NCBI GenBank assembly: GCA_035084275.1
Contig: CM068742.1
Coordinates: forward strand, 117,738,001 to 117,802,000
Direction: 5' to 3'
Origin: Hydrolagus colliei
Lineage: Eukaryota
DNA: 64,000 nucleotides
Shown here: piece after piece, positions 24,631-37,815 of the stretch
How positions within the stretch are numbered: the first letter of the stretch is position 1
Layout of the letters: each line of letters starts with the position of its first letter
Notes under the pieces: generated by a model
What the model saw: only the letters and a program-made list of their open reading frames with translations
Told to the model about the DNA's origin: nothing
Databases searched by the model: none
Made by a program: the position numbers and the translations under genes

Positions 24631-24802
24631 AAAAACACAAAATACCTCTGATGCTGGAAATCTGAAACAAAAACAGAAATTGCTGGGACCACTGAGCAGG
24701 TCAGACAGTATCTTTGGAGAAAGAAAAAGTGACCTGAAACATTGACTCACTTTTCTTTTCTCCATAGATGCTGCCTGACCCGCTGAGTGTTCCCAGTGAC
24801 TT
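24631..24802. mobile_element. Penelope-type short element with inverted halves
   Basis: Halves are mutual reverse complements; flanked by cagtaattattg(t/c)aaac direct repeats at 24614-24630 and 24803-24819. Confidence 0.8.
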
Positions 24803-27800
24803 CAGTAATTATTGCAAACTGTTTTTGAGGCATTTTGGCATTATAGACTAGTGCAAGTTATATCTAACCTGGCTCCCTCATACTGTTAGGCTGAATAACT
24901 GCTTCAGACTAATCTCTTTTCACCATATCAACACTGGCTGTACAAATGAATGAAGGCTGTTTAATGTGTTTGATTTATTTTTGAATAAGATGCTTTGCTT
25001 ATTTGATAAGAGTCCTTCCAGAATATCCACCCTACCTTCCTCCCATCATAGCATCAAGCTGTTTCTAAGTACATCCAATGCCCTGGCTTCGATTGTCTTC
25101 CTGGTAACCTATTCTCGTCAGAGTGCCATGGGATCTTTAACATTCACCTGAACCAGGCAGGCAGGACCTTGTTTTATCATTGCTTCCAAATTTTGCCACT
25201 TCCGAGAATGCAGCACACCCCATCACTACATTGGAGTGTCAGCCTGGACTATACGAATGAAGTCATCATTGGCAGGGGAGTTGTGGGTATTGCTTAACTG
25301 ATTCCTTGTGCTAATTAAAACAAGGAAAATGTTAAGGAGTACCACAGATTTTAGCCTTACCATTTTATGAATGATACCTGATTGAAATATGTGGTAAGTG
25401 GTCTCAGCTAGTGCTTGCAATCCAATGATCAGGGAGCAATGATGCAGCAAAAGTGCTTCCCCCATACGTGTGTATCTGCATCCCTCGAGAGTTGCATGTG
25501 GATGTGCTTCACTCCTTATTTGTGAGTTTAAAATAACTAACATGGCTAATTAACAATGTTTATTTTGGAAGGATATCACCAAGCGAGCCTTGGATTGTAT
25601 GAAGCTAAGAAAACAATTTAGGGAGGAAAAAAGAACAGGGATTTCAATGAGCTGAAAAGGAATTCATTTGAGCAGTACATTACACTTAAAAATGTGTCAG
25701 CAATTAAAATGCACATTTCTCTTTCTTTGATCGCCATAAACAGAATAGTCACAAAATATAGGCCAATGAAGCCATGTCAATAATCAGTACAATATGCTTC
25801 AGCAAAAAGCAAATGGCATTTGGCAAACCTTCATATGAATTTAATGTAAGACATAAATTTGAGCATCACTAATGCATTTATCATCTATTTATGATCACTT
25901 GTTTTGAAATGTGGTAATAAGAAAGTACGGACTGTTACACTGGGATGGAATGTAAAGATTTGCCTCACTGTCACTAAGATTTTGTTGATATGTTTGGCAA
26001 GTCGTTGAATGATTGTCTGGAGTGAAAAAAGTATCAAATTGCAGGGTGACAATGTTATAAGGACTATGGTTTAGCACCGGTCCACTTATAGTGTAGATTT
26101 TCTGAATAAATTGACATCTGTGGTGTATGCAGTGGCATGCAGTGCATCAGAGATAACCTGGAAGGAGTTTATTATTCAGCACATCTTATTTTAACGTGCA
26201 GATCCAAACCACATTGGTAGGGTGGGTGCCCATACCATTTTAAGCCTAGCCTAAGAAATGTTTTACCTTTTCACTTGTGGTTCCCAACCGGAAATAAAAC
26301 ATAATGTAGTTTTTCTCAAAATTGCGGCCACTCACTTACTTGCCCCCTCCTCTTGTCATCTCATCCCCTTTAAAAGGAACGAGGTGTGAGATAACCATCC
26401 ATGTTCTTCCCCATATATAACAAATGCTTGAACATTTGAAGAATTTCTTTGATTGAGGAGCATCAAATGAAGAAAATACATAAGGGAAATGTAATGCTGA
26501 ATTGCAGTCAAGACAGACTCTGCATTGCTTCGTGGCAAAGTGCTGAACAATAACATGATTTGAAAATGAAGTGTATCCAGATGCAACAACTACAAGGAGA
26601 CAGCCTGCTTAGCGATCATTCATTGACATTTGTTTTTGGTCTGGTTACTGACTGAATAACTCTCAGTTATTTGGAGCAGCCCTGTCTATATCAGTGCGAA
26701 TGTAAAGATCTTTTCAAAATATCTAAAAACACTACTGAAAGTTAGTTTGCTTTCTCATGTGAAATATAGTCCAGTATTTAAAACTGTGTGTCAACAGGGC
26801 TCCAGTGAGGCCCAAAGTAATTACTTTTTAATGGCTGCAACATTAATGCAACCATATGTTGTTGTTATGATTTCAGCACATAAACCCTACATGTGAATGG
26901 ATCCAAACCACCAACCACCCATTGAGAGTATCCTGGCCCTAATTTTCCCTTCTCTTGGTGCAGGTGCAAAAATAGGCACTAATGGACTTAACTTTTGTCT
27001 TTATGAACAGCTGTAATTATCAACACACATCTTGTGGTTTTTGATGCTGGGTTCAGCTGATGTCTGCAAATGGAAAGATGATTGAGGCCCAAGTGGACAC
27101 ACTGACCATAAGCAGTTTTTTCTGTACCGCTTTGCACATAGTAAAGTAATAATAATAGTTAACAATAATAATCCTTACATATGATATGGCATGTGATCAT
27201 GTTATTGAAACATCTGAAAGCACTTCACAGGATTTGCTGTAAAGCATTGTTATTGTATACTTTATGCTAGTGAACACAACAACCAATTTGTGCAGGATTA
27301 CTACTGTAACAATGCATCATCACTAGTGTAAAACTAACCTGCCTCACAGTGATCTAAACCCGGTTAATGATCTATAGCAGTGAACACTTTGCCAATTCTG
27401 CTTCACAATGATAGGGAGAATTGACATAGAATTGACATTGACATAGAAGGATTATAAAGTGATACCACTGAGAATCCTTCGCTATCACAAACAGACAACT
27501 TTTTTTCTTTGCAAATATTTGTTTTGTAGCTCTACATTTAATTTACTCACAAATTCGAGAATAATACAAAACTGAGCCATTTTCACTCTGTGCAGCGTTT
27601 ATTTTGATTAATACACAGAAGCTCTTGTGTTCCTTCCATAAACATGAATCCTGCTGTTATCAAAATGTCCGAGCAGCATGAAAGTGGTTTAATGCATGAG
27701 AAACTCTTGTTGTTGAAGTCATCATCTTTCAGAGGGCTGTCAGCCCTGCTCTAATGTTGTATAACGGTGGACTCTAGCATGTGCTTGGTTATTTTCATCC

Positions 27801-28967
27801 AGCGCACTATTCTGAATTGTACTGCATCCAAGAGTAAGGGATAGATTTTCTCTGTTGCTTGCCAAACAATATTCCCTCTAGTCTAGTGAGATCATGCAGA
27901 GAGACAGCCTTTAGAATTGAATTAACAGAAAACATTCTTCCCCATTCTTCATCCCAAATGCAATCATTAATTAGAATGTGAGAGGAGGACAGTAAGTTTT
28001 ATACAAGGAGTTCAAGTTATCTTAAATGAGCATTAAAGGAAGTAAGAGGGCAATGAAAATACAGATTGTAGGCAGCAGCAGCAGGAGCAATACAAAGAAT
28101 ATCTTTGGCTATGTTAGCAGCCAATAGTCTGAAATGACTAGAGATGCCATATGTACTAAATAGATTTTTCAGTCAGTTTTTCAGAATTGGTCAAATCTCA
28201 GATTGATTAATTTTACCTCAGGATACTTGAACACAAGTTGACAAGTTTGCTGTGGAAAAATGCTTTAGCAATCGTACTGTATGTTACAACGATCACTCTG
28301 GATCAATGAGCCTCTTCTGGATAAGCTTTGCTTTAATAGTGCCCCGAAGGCTTATACATTCTAGTCTCTTGGCAAAAAACTCAATATTTGGGGAATTCAG
28401 TTAATGATTTCCTTTACAGATGTTCCCTTTATTGTTGAAGAAATTTTCTCATTAGATCTTGTTACAAACAAAACACCAATAAAACACAACATTATTACAT
28501 TAGAATCTTAACTGTTTTGCCCACAAAATATACAGTAAATTCACTCTACAGTATATTCTGTCAAGCTCTTTGAGACGTCTAGAAGATTTGATAAGGTACT
28601 ATATCAAATGCAAGCATTATTATTATATTAATAAAATGCAGCGCCAATTTTAATGTTGTTTCTTCAACACAGTGCTTAGTCTTCCCTCCTTACGTTATAC
28701 TTAAGTGTGCCCATACATTGAAAACTGAGTGTGTTACATTGAACGGTATAAACAGTGCGATTGGTTTAAGGAAGCTTGCAAATTGGGCAGAGATCAGAGT
28801 GACACATGTTAAAGAAAGCTGGGGATAGGGTACCAGAGTACCAAGTGTGCTTGTTCAGTTGGTATCCTCTACTGTGAAGCAATATCTGAGTATCCGGGAT
28901 CCACTACTGTGAAGCGCTCTGAGACGCCGTCCAGCGTGGAGGGAGCTATATAAATCGAAGTTGTTTT

Positions 28968-29540
28968 TGGTAGCACTCTTACCTCTGAGTCAGAAGATTA
29001 TGGATCGAAGCCTCATATTGGGATGGATTGAAGCCTCATAGTGGGACTTGGACTGCATATAGTCTATACCAACATTCCAATACTGTCCTGGGGGTGTACT
29101 GTATTGTTGGTGGTACCGTCTTTTGAATGAGGCATCAATCCAAGGTCCCATCTGCCTGTCTGGATGAACATTAAAGATTCTGAAAAGATAAGAGAGTTAT
29201 TCTGTTGTCCTGGCCAAAAATTCCCCAAATAAAATTAGTCATTCACTCCATGACTGTTTGTGGAACATTGCTAGGCACAAATTGGCTGCAAAATTTGCCC
29301 ATAAAATACACAGTTACACTACTTTAAAATATTCCCTATGGAGCACTTTGAGATGTCTCGACAATATATCTTGACAACCATGTCAAAAGGGAATTGGATA
29401 GGTACTTGAAAAGGAAACAATTGCAGGGGTATGGGGTAAAAGCAGGGGATTGGGACTAATTGGTAGTTCTTTCAAAGATCTACCAATTAGTGATTCTATA
29501 ACATGATAAGATGCAATATCAATGCAAGGGTAATTATTAT
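28968..29540 (+). mobile_element. Older DeuSINE with a CR1 3' fragment (~29380-29500) nested in its tail
   Basis: Head ggtagcactcttacctctgagtcagaag, Deu-type body; insert aaaagggaattggataggtacttgaaaaggaa...gattctat. Confidence 0.8.
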
Positions 29541-29811
29541 TACTTAGGGAAATAGCCAATAACATTTATTGTTATTAATAATTTATTGTTAATAATGGCA
29601 GGTATATTCAGGGAGCAGTACTGGTGCGTGAGGGTTGGAGAACAGGATGTGCAACAGAAATTTACAGAAAGGGGCAAATAATAACCCAGAGAGCTGCAAG
29701 CTGGTATATGTGATATCTCTTAGAGATAAGCTATTTATGGGCATTCTACAACAACAACAAAATTATATTAGGTTATAATAATAATCCTCTAATAATCCTC
29801 TAACACCCTAA

Positions 29812-30113
29812 AATTCTTGCATTTGATATAGTGCTTTTCACATCTTCCAGACGTCTCAATGTGCTTCACAGAATGTACTGCAAAGTGAATTGACTGTATA
29901 TTTGTGGCCGAAACGCGTCAGCCAATTGAGCACAGTGTCCCACAAACAGTCGTGGATTGAAATGACCAATTCATTATTGTTTTTTTATCTTGAAGGTTTA
30001 TTATCAGGCATGTGAAGGAAACTTGCCCAAGGTTTCTCCATGACCCGCATGGAACCGAATCCAGTCCTCTCGCTTGTAAGGCGAGTGCTCTAACCACTGA
30101 GATATAGGACTCC
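29812..30113 (-). mobile_element. Young tRNA-derived SINE
   Basis: Reverse complement of the 16346 family; head ends taaccactgagatataggactcc. Confidence 0.92.
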
Positions 30114-32024
30114 GCAATCATTTCAGCTAGATGATCTTGTTCTAAGATCACTGTATTTTAATAACATTCTCAAATGTCAGGCTAATGAATTGAATACAAA
30201 GCTACAAAATTAGCTTGTTTGTTTTGAAATTAATTATTTTGACTGTGGAGAAATATGTGAATGAAGGAGGAAAATGACCAGATTGTGGCTTCTATACAAA
30301 CTATTTAAAATATTTATCTTAAGGTTTTTGATTGCACATGCATATCCATTATATTGCTTAGGATCCATAGAGGAAAAAATACAGGCACCCAATGCTAAAA
30401 TAACAATTTGCTATTATTTCCAATGCAAACAAAGGAAAGTCTTTGTTTGCACAAATATAAATTTTGTTGAAATAAACACTGTAGTACTGACTTCCAAGTC
30501 AACAGTTTGCACAAGCTGGTATTACACTTCAGTTTGCGACTGCATTATTTGATACCAGACGTCACATAGATTTACTGATTCTTAGTTACTGTGAGACAAC
30601 ATTCATGAAATGTCATTGAGGAATGCAAAAGTATTGATGAATTAAAAATATTACTTTAATGAAGTATTGAGAGAAATATAGAATTATAGGCGGAGATTCA
30701 GTATGCCTTTATGAAATTGTGCATAAGAAACCCATTGGAGTTCTTTAATTAAATAATAAATAACAATAACAACAATTTGGATTTATATAGTGTCCTCCAC
30801 ATCGGACGGCGTCTCTGAGCACTTAAATAATAGTAATACCTGTAGTATCATTGCATTTGATATAGCGTCTTATTACGTCTTTGAGATGTCTCAAAGTGCT
30901 TCATAGAGTATACTGTAAAGTGAATTAACTGTATATTTTGTAGGTGAAAGGCAGCAGCCAATGGTGACAGCAGTAACATACAATCGTATTATGATCTTGT
31001 GGGCATGGCAAATTCAGAGGGTTTTGCAGGGCTATCTGTGTTTCACTGAGATGGGGAGGGGGGTGGGGAGAATTGGAAATAACCACCGTTGAACAAATAT
31101 AGAAGAATCAGAATATAATAGGGAGTTGAATTAACAAGGGGCAAATGCTATTTAGAGTGGATAAATTCGAAATGATGGTGTCCGGGAAAGGAAAATAACC
31201 TATTAGAGTTTAAGGGCACAAAGCAAGCCAGGGATTTAGAGATAACGGTGGATTTAATTTGTGACCAGATGGAATAAATCTAAGCAGAGGAAATAAATCT
31301 TTTCCATCCTGCATATTCTTATGATCCTATGATAAACATTCAAATTTAATTTTGTTTTAGGATTCAGACACAAATTCAAAGCAAAATAATCTGTACTGCA
31401 ATCTGAATTTTAAACTCTGAACATCAAATTGATGTTTGACAAGCAGGTACAGCTGGGTCTAACTTGTAGGTTGTGTTAACCATATCTAAACAAATGTGCG
31501 TAGAGCAAATTTGATTATTGAATTAACAAGTGCGAAAAAGGGATTGCAGTTTGTTTTTGTAATCCTTTCCAATGGTTATTAATTACATTAACAAAGGCAC
31601 CTCTAATTCCCATTTACACATTTGTTAACATATTGTTAGCATAACCTGCAAATTATATCCCAGTGACGAATGGGCGGATCTGGAGGTTGACGGTAAACCA
31701 GAGAAGTACTGTATCAAAACTACAAGTGAATTTGTCACAGAGAGGACAACTGACAGATTCATAGGTCACTTCCACTGGGAGCCAGATGCATTGACTTATA
31801 CTAGACCACCAGGAATTAGAAGCATTTTCAGGGAACCAGATGCAGACCACCACTGTACCAACAGGGAAATGAATGCTTTTTTCTTTAATTCGAGGATATT
31901 TCAGAACCGGTTCAAGTTATGAAATACTAAAGGTTCTGCTGGTTCCAAGTAGCCTGCCGTTTGTTTTTTTATAGCAGAATCCAAAGCATCAGCAAATGGT
32001 CTCAGATGTGTAGAACGAGGGCCT

Positions 32025-32295
32025 TCTGATGAGACGTTAAACTTAGGACCCATCTGTCTGTTCAGATGGATGTTAAAGATCCCATGGCATTATTCGAAAA
32101 GAGGTCCTGGACAACATTCCCCCAAATAAAAATTGGTCACTCACTCCATGGCTGTTTGTGAGACATTGCTGGGTGCAACTGGCTATGGCGTTTTGCACAC
32201 AAAATACAGTAACTATACTTTCCGATATATCCTGTGAAGTATTTTGAGACATCTCGAGGATGTAATAAGTACATGAAATGCAACAGTTATTATTT
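32025..32295 (+). mobile_element. Older DeuSINE, 5'-truncated
   Basis: gatgagacgttaaac...ggatgttaaagatcccatggca...gtttgtgagacattgctg. Confidence 0.8.
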
Positions 32296-32688
32296 ATTAT
32301 TCATTGTTTCTAAGTCACTAAATGGGACGTTCTGTTTCACAATAATCTGAAGTGAAACATAAACCTAAATTGAAAGTTACACTTCCAGTATGTAAGAAAA
32401 GTAGTGGGACCTAATTTACGAATTCTGCTAATGGTAGGTAAATGCATGTGTCCAGAGGGAATTAATGGTGACAGGTATACAGACAGTAGTGAAAATATGC
32501 ATTGTTTTGCAGTAAGGATGGGTTGGCTGTCCAGCCCATTCCTACTCTGAAAAATCACAGAGGTTTTATGTTTGAAGTTATTTTTAACTGTATTCACCAC
32601 ACAGCATAAAATGTGCTAAAATTGACATTACGTCTTGTAGATGCACAAAATAATTTAACTAGAATAATGCCTCAGGTTTATTTTGTAA

Positions 32689-33910
32689 ACAACAACAACA
32701 AGAACAACAAAATTACACTTGTATATTGCCTTTCGTGTCAGGAGGACATCCCAGGGTGCTGGACAGTCATTGTTTCAGACCTGGGCTGGGGTCGGGGATG
32801 AGGAGGGTGGAGGGAAAAGTGGGGATTTGGGGTGACCAATGGGACCATTGAAGAGGCGGAACTTGAAGAAAGATAGGGATGGGGTCGAGGCAGAGGTATA
32901 GCAGGATGGAGTTCCCGAAGTTGTGGGCAGAGTGGCTGAAGACTCACCCACCAATGGTGGAGCGGGAGGGTCAGGGGACATGGAGCAGACCAGAGCTTGC
33001 TGAGGGGAGAGGCAAGCAGGTTGGTAGGGGCTAGGAGGTCGCAGAGGTAGGGTGGGGTGAGGCCATGGTGGGCTTTGAATGTGAGGACCAGGATCTTTAA
33101 TTGAATCCTCTGTATAATGGGGAGCCAATGGAGTCAGGCGAGAATGGGGGAGATGGGATCACAGAGCTTGGAGCAGTAGAGGATATGGGCTGCAGTGTTC
33201 TGGATTATCTGCAGCCAATGGAGGGAGGAATTGGGAAAGTTGACAAGCAGGGTATTGGCGTAGTCAAATCAAGATGTGATGAAGACATGAATGAGGGTTT
33301 CAGTAGCCTGAGGGGTGAGGTAGTGGCGGAGTTGGGCAATATTTCAGAGGTGAGGGAAGGCAGAGTGGGTCATGGCTTAGCTGTGGGGCAGGAAAGACAG
33401 TTGAGGATCGAACAAGGCACCTAGGTTACTGACTGGCTTGGTGAGGTTGAGTATGCAACCATGGAGGTTGATTTTGTGGATTCTGCTGCATGAAGGTGCT
33501 GGCATGAGCCAATCAGGAGGGCCTCGGCCTTGTTGACATTGAACTGTAGAAAGTTAGTTCTCATTCTGGACTCGATGTCCGATAGGCAATCTGTCAGAAA
33601 AGCAGTGATCTTGGAGTCGAGGGTAGAGGCAGAAAGATAGACAAAACACAAAATACTACAGATGAGGCATTATTCTAGTTAAATTATTTTGTGCATCTAC
33701 AAGATGGAATGTTTTGTAATGAGTTGGGTGTCATCTGCATACATGTGGAAGTTGACCCCATGTCAGCGGATGATGTCACCAAGTGGGAGCTTGTAGTTGT
33801 TGAAAATTAGGGGGCCAAGGACAGAGCCCTGGATTATGCCGCAGATGACATTGTGGGGGCTGGAAGAGAAGCTGTTGGTGGCGACAAAGTGGAGATGGTT
33901 CAGAAAGTCA
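32689..33910 (-). mobile_element. Degenerate L2 LINE including the RT YADD region, with an 80-bp insertion at 33641-33720
   Basis: Minus strand encodes QGSVLGPLIF, FHMYADDTQL, FLQFNVNKAEALLIGS, LQIIQNTAA; (TTG)n tail near 32689. Confidence 0.92.
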
Positions 33911-36346
33911 TACACGACGAGGGCATTTCCATGAAGATTGAGCTGGGTGATGGCACAGAATTAGATGTGAAATTTGTTTCTCAGTAGGCTGGTGCAGTCT
34001 AACTCAACCAGCAAGTTAATACAATAGAAAATTACATTTGTGAAGCTTCTTTCATTTTGGGAAGTTGTAATGGCGGTTCAAAGTGCAACATTTGGAAACT
34101 GGTAACCACTGGACTAATTGGTGATCACAGTATTCACTTTGCTTTCTTGGCTATTTCTTGGCTGGGAAAAGACAGCAACAACAACAAAATTAGACCTGTA
34201 TAGTGCCTTTCAAGTCAGGAGGACGTCCCAATGCAATGGACCTAAAGAAACCAACAAAAGTTCCAAAAGCAAAACACGAGTCACAAAGAGGCTTTGCTGG
34301 CCTTCAGGATCCTGAATTTTTGTTTTGCATTTTTTTTCTAAATGCAAATTTGGGATCTGATCTCACAATTTCAGGTACAGACTGGATATTGCTGGCATTG
34401 CAACTATTTGCAATTTGCCAATGCTGCACTTTCAACCTCAATGTCATTTGCTCTTCTTCACAAGGTTGGTCTCGGCTAAAACTCTTATCAGATGTCTGTA
34501 ATGTCATTCCACTAAAAAATCTTGATTTTCTCAATTGTCCACGTTCCTGTTTCTGTGCTTACCTTTGATTCCAATGAGCTTAAGGACTTTGCAAAGGTTA
34601 AGCTTTATTGTAAAGCTGAAATATTTAGACACCAGAATGATGACTACAGTGCATTATATCTAAGTTTAAAGTTACAGTTTATGCATGTGACTGCCAGACT
34701 GTTCTTTGTAATACTGTATACTGAAGTGACATGATTGATAAGATCAATGTTTTAAGTATTTAAGAGCTCTGGGATTTCTAGAATTATCTCCCACTAACCC
34801 TATGTCTTGCCCCACCCCATCTGTCTTCAAATCGTACCATAAAACCTCTTCCATCCATCCTATAATGGTCACGTCCCCCTTCTTCTCTCCCCTTCACTCT
34901 CCTCCTCTGCTCGGTGAATTATCCTGTCTTTGTAAAGTGCTCCAAGATGTTATCCTACATGAAGTGCAAGAGATAAATGCAAGTTGTTGTTGACAAAATT
35001 CTTGTACAACATTCTCAAGAAACCTTTTTTTCTTTCAAGTGTCCGTATACCATTCTGATATTGTATTTGTTCAGTATCCCACCCAGGTTATCTGTGATGT
35101 AAAGATCACTGTTAAATTAAAGCAAAATTTGTACCATTAAGCTGATCTATAGTACATTTTATAAGAGGCCCCAAGTCACCACCTAAATTCAAGGGTCAGT
35201 CTAAAATTATATTACCTTTGAAGAATGTCTAGTCAGGAATCCTTAATGAAAACCTTCCTCAGAACAACCCAAATCTGCTAAAATGACCCATTTAAAATGA
35301 CTCATAAAACAGGCAAGCACATTGATGGCAATATCAGAATTAGGATATCCTGACAAACAACACAAGTGGCAGAAAAGAAAACATAAATCATAGATCATAA
35401 ATGAGTTTAATGCAACAGATGTAGCACTAACATCAAAAGCCCCTTTACATGGAACTTGTTATTTTCCCCATCGCACGGCTTACTTTATGACATGTTCACA
35501 TTTCATTTATTGCAAAAGGAGACATGTTCATTCAAATGCGGCTTTTTCTGCTAATACAGTGCCGTTGTTAATTGATTGATTGCTCCCCACAAGGTGTAAA
35601 ATGTCTAGACAAATGCTCCTACATGGTGATAGTAAACTAGAGGAGAGGTTGCAGCAGATTTTATTTGAAGATTTGGTTTGCGGTTGTCTTGCGTCAATTC
35701 AACCATAACATTTATCACTTCATATTTTACCACCAATCAAGTACATTTAATGGCAAATTTTCCACGCAAATTTTCAAGATAAATCATCTCTCTTTTTGTT
35801 TTTTCTAACTAGAAGCAAAAAATCAAAGATTGGAGGTGGGAGAGAAAAATGCTGAAACACACCATTGCAAATGTTCAGTGAATTCCAGCAGAGGTTTTTT
35901 AGGACACCAAAAAATATTTGATATTAGATGATGAAAACTGAAGTTCTCCATTCTCTAAGGTGGAAATTGTTTAGACAGATGAGACTGCAGAAGCCTCGTC
36001 CACTCTGAGACGTAGCAGGAGGTTGTTCAACACTACTTGACAGAAATACATGTCTGCTCTGAGTACAATGGATGAATACGTTGTGTGAAGTATACTTCGT
36101 ATCTTTTTGCCTTCAACCCTTCCTTTACCAACATTTATTTGGTGAGTTTTGTTTTCCTCCTTTAATTTTAATGAAGTCATATATTTTATTCATTGCCTTA
36201 TTTATTGATATATTGTTTCCTGTGAAATGCAACCTCTATACCTGCATCTCTGAATAATTGCTATGAGGTATCTGAGGAGACAATGAATTCTTGTTTAATG
36301 TACATATTCCAGAATTATTCCCAAGTACAGTAGTAGTCATAAAATA

Positions 36347-36550
36347 TCTAAAACAGAAATCGCTGGGAATAACTCAGCAGATCAGGCAGCATCTATGGAT
36401 AAAGAAAAGTGAGTCAATGTTTCGGGTCCATGACTCTTCATCAGTGTCATGACCCAAAACATTGACTCACTTTCCTTTCTCCATAGATGCTGCCTGAGCT
36501 GAATTCTGTTTTTGTTTCAGATTTTCAGCACTTGCAGTATTTTGCATTTT
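36347..36550. mobile_element. Penelope-type inverted element with hammerhead-like core
   Basis: Long palindrome; minus strand 36444-36411 reads CTGATGA-agagtcatggaccc-GAAAC-att; flanks tcataaaata / tcataagata. Confidence 0.8.
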
Positions 36551-37014
36551 TCATAAGATAGTTTTTCTTTAAAGAAAAGTCACAAACTTGCATTTAACTA
36601 TAGAATAAGATTTTCAGAATTCTAACGTTGGACTGTATGCCTGTCTACCTCCCTCTTGACAATGTATAATGACCTTCACCACCCTACTCATTGGGGTGTT
36701 CCACATTCCAACAAACTTTTTCAAAATCACTTCTATCAACAAAGCTATTAGAAGACGACATTTATATTCCTGTGATAGTCCAAACTAAGGACATTCTGCA
36801 CTTGTGCACTTGATAACAGTAAGGATTTTTCTTGCAATTGATATAGTATGTTGCCAAAACATTTCATGACACTTCACAGCATTTTGCTGTAAAGCGTAGT
36901 AACTGTTTATTAGTTGGTGAGGATGACAGATGTTTTGCGCAATGTCCCACAACAGCCATGATGTGAATGACCAAACTTATTTGGTGGATTGTAAGACAGG
37001 AAAATCTTGGAGGT

Positions 37015-37250
37015 TTTTTTAAACTCACCAAGCTGTTGGGATGTAGAACACCCTATTGAGGAGGGTAGTGGAGGCAGAGTCCACAAGTGCACGAGGGAAA
37101 TAGACAGGCATATGAAAGAAAGGGGCTTAAAGGAGTTTGGTGATCAGATAGAACCCATGGGATTGAGTTTGTGAGCTCCTTGCTTTGTGAGCCAGTGTTA
37201 CTAAGTGTGACCTTCTTCTAAGTATGACCTTCTTCTGTGCTGTAGATATT
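37015..37250 (+). mobile_element. CR1 LINE 3' fragment
   Basis: gagggtagtggaggcagag...gaccttcttctgtgctgta typical of CR1 3' ends. Confidence 0.7.
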
Positions 37251-37479
37251 TAAAGGTCACTTGAGCAGGTGGACAGGATCTTCATTTAACATCTCATCTG
37301 CAGGACGCCATCCCTGATACTGCAGTGCTACCATGATCTAATAGAATGATGTAAATAATAATAATTATCAGCCGTTTAGAATGTCATCCAGCAATTTTGA
37401 AAAATGTTATCAATATGGTGACCGATTCTGAAATAACATTAAAAACCTCAAGGATGATCTAAATGGATTGCTGTTATAA

Positions 37480-37815
37480 TAATAATCATTGTATTACATA
37501 TACCACTTTATCACATCTGCGAGATGTCTCAAAGTGCATCACAGATTATACTTACTGTGAATTTTGTGGGCAACACGCAGCAGGCAATTGTGCATAGCAG
37601 TGTCCCACAGTCAGGGATTGAGTGACTAAATTATTAGCATTACTTTTTTTTTATTTTGAAGGGATTATTACCCCTGGATCTGCCAATCGACTAACAACCC
37701 GGATTCCTATTTACTGCAAGGTAAACAGAGGAGGATAGAATAAGAAAATTTGTCTAACATTTTGCCCTGCTGGAAATCGAACCCAGGTTGCCTGCCTTGC
37801 GAGGCAAGCGCTCTT
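37480..37815 (-). mobile_element. tRNA-derived SINE, longer-body subfamily
   Basis: Contains gactaacaacccggattcctatttactgc also seen near 46620, 48140 and 59010; B box complement gaaatcgaaccc. Confidence 0.8.
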
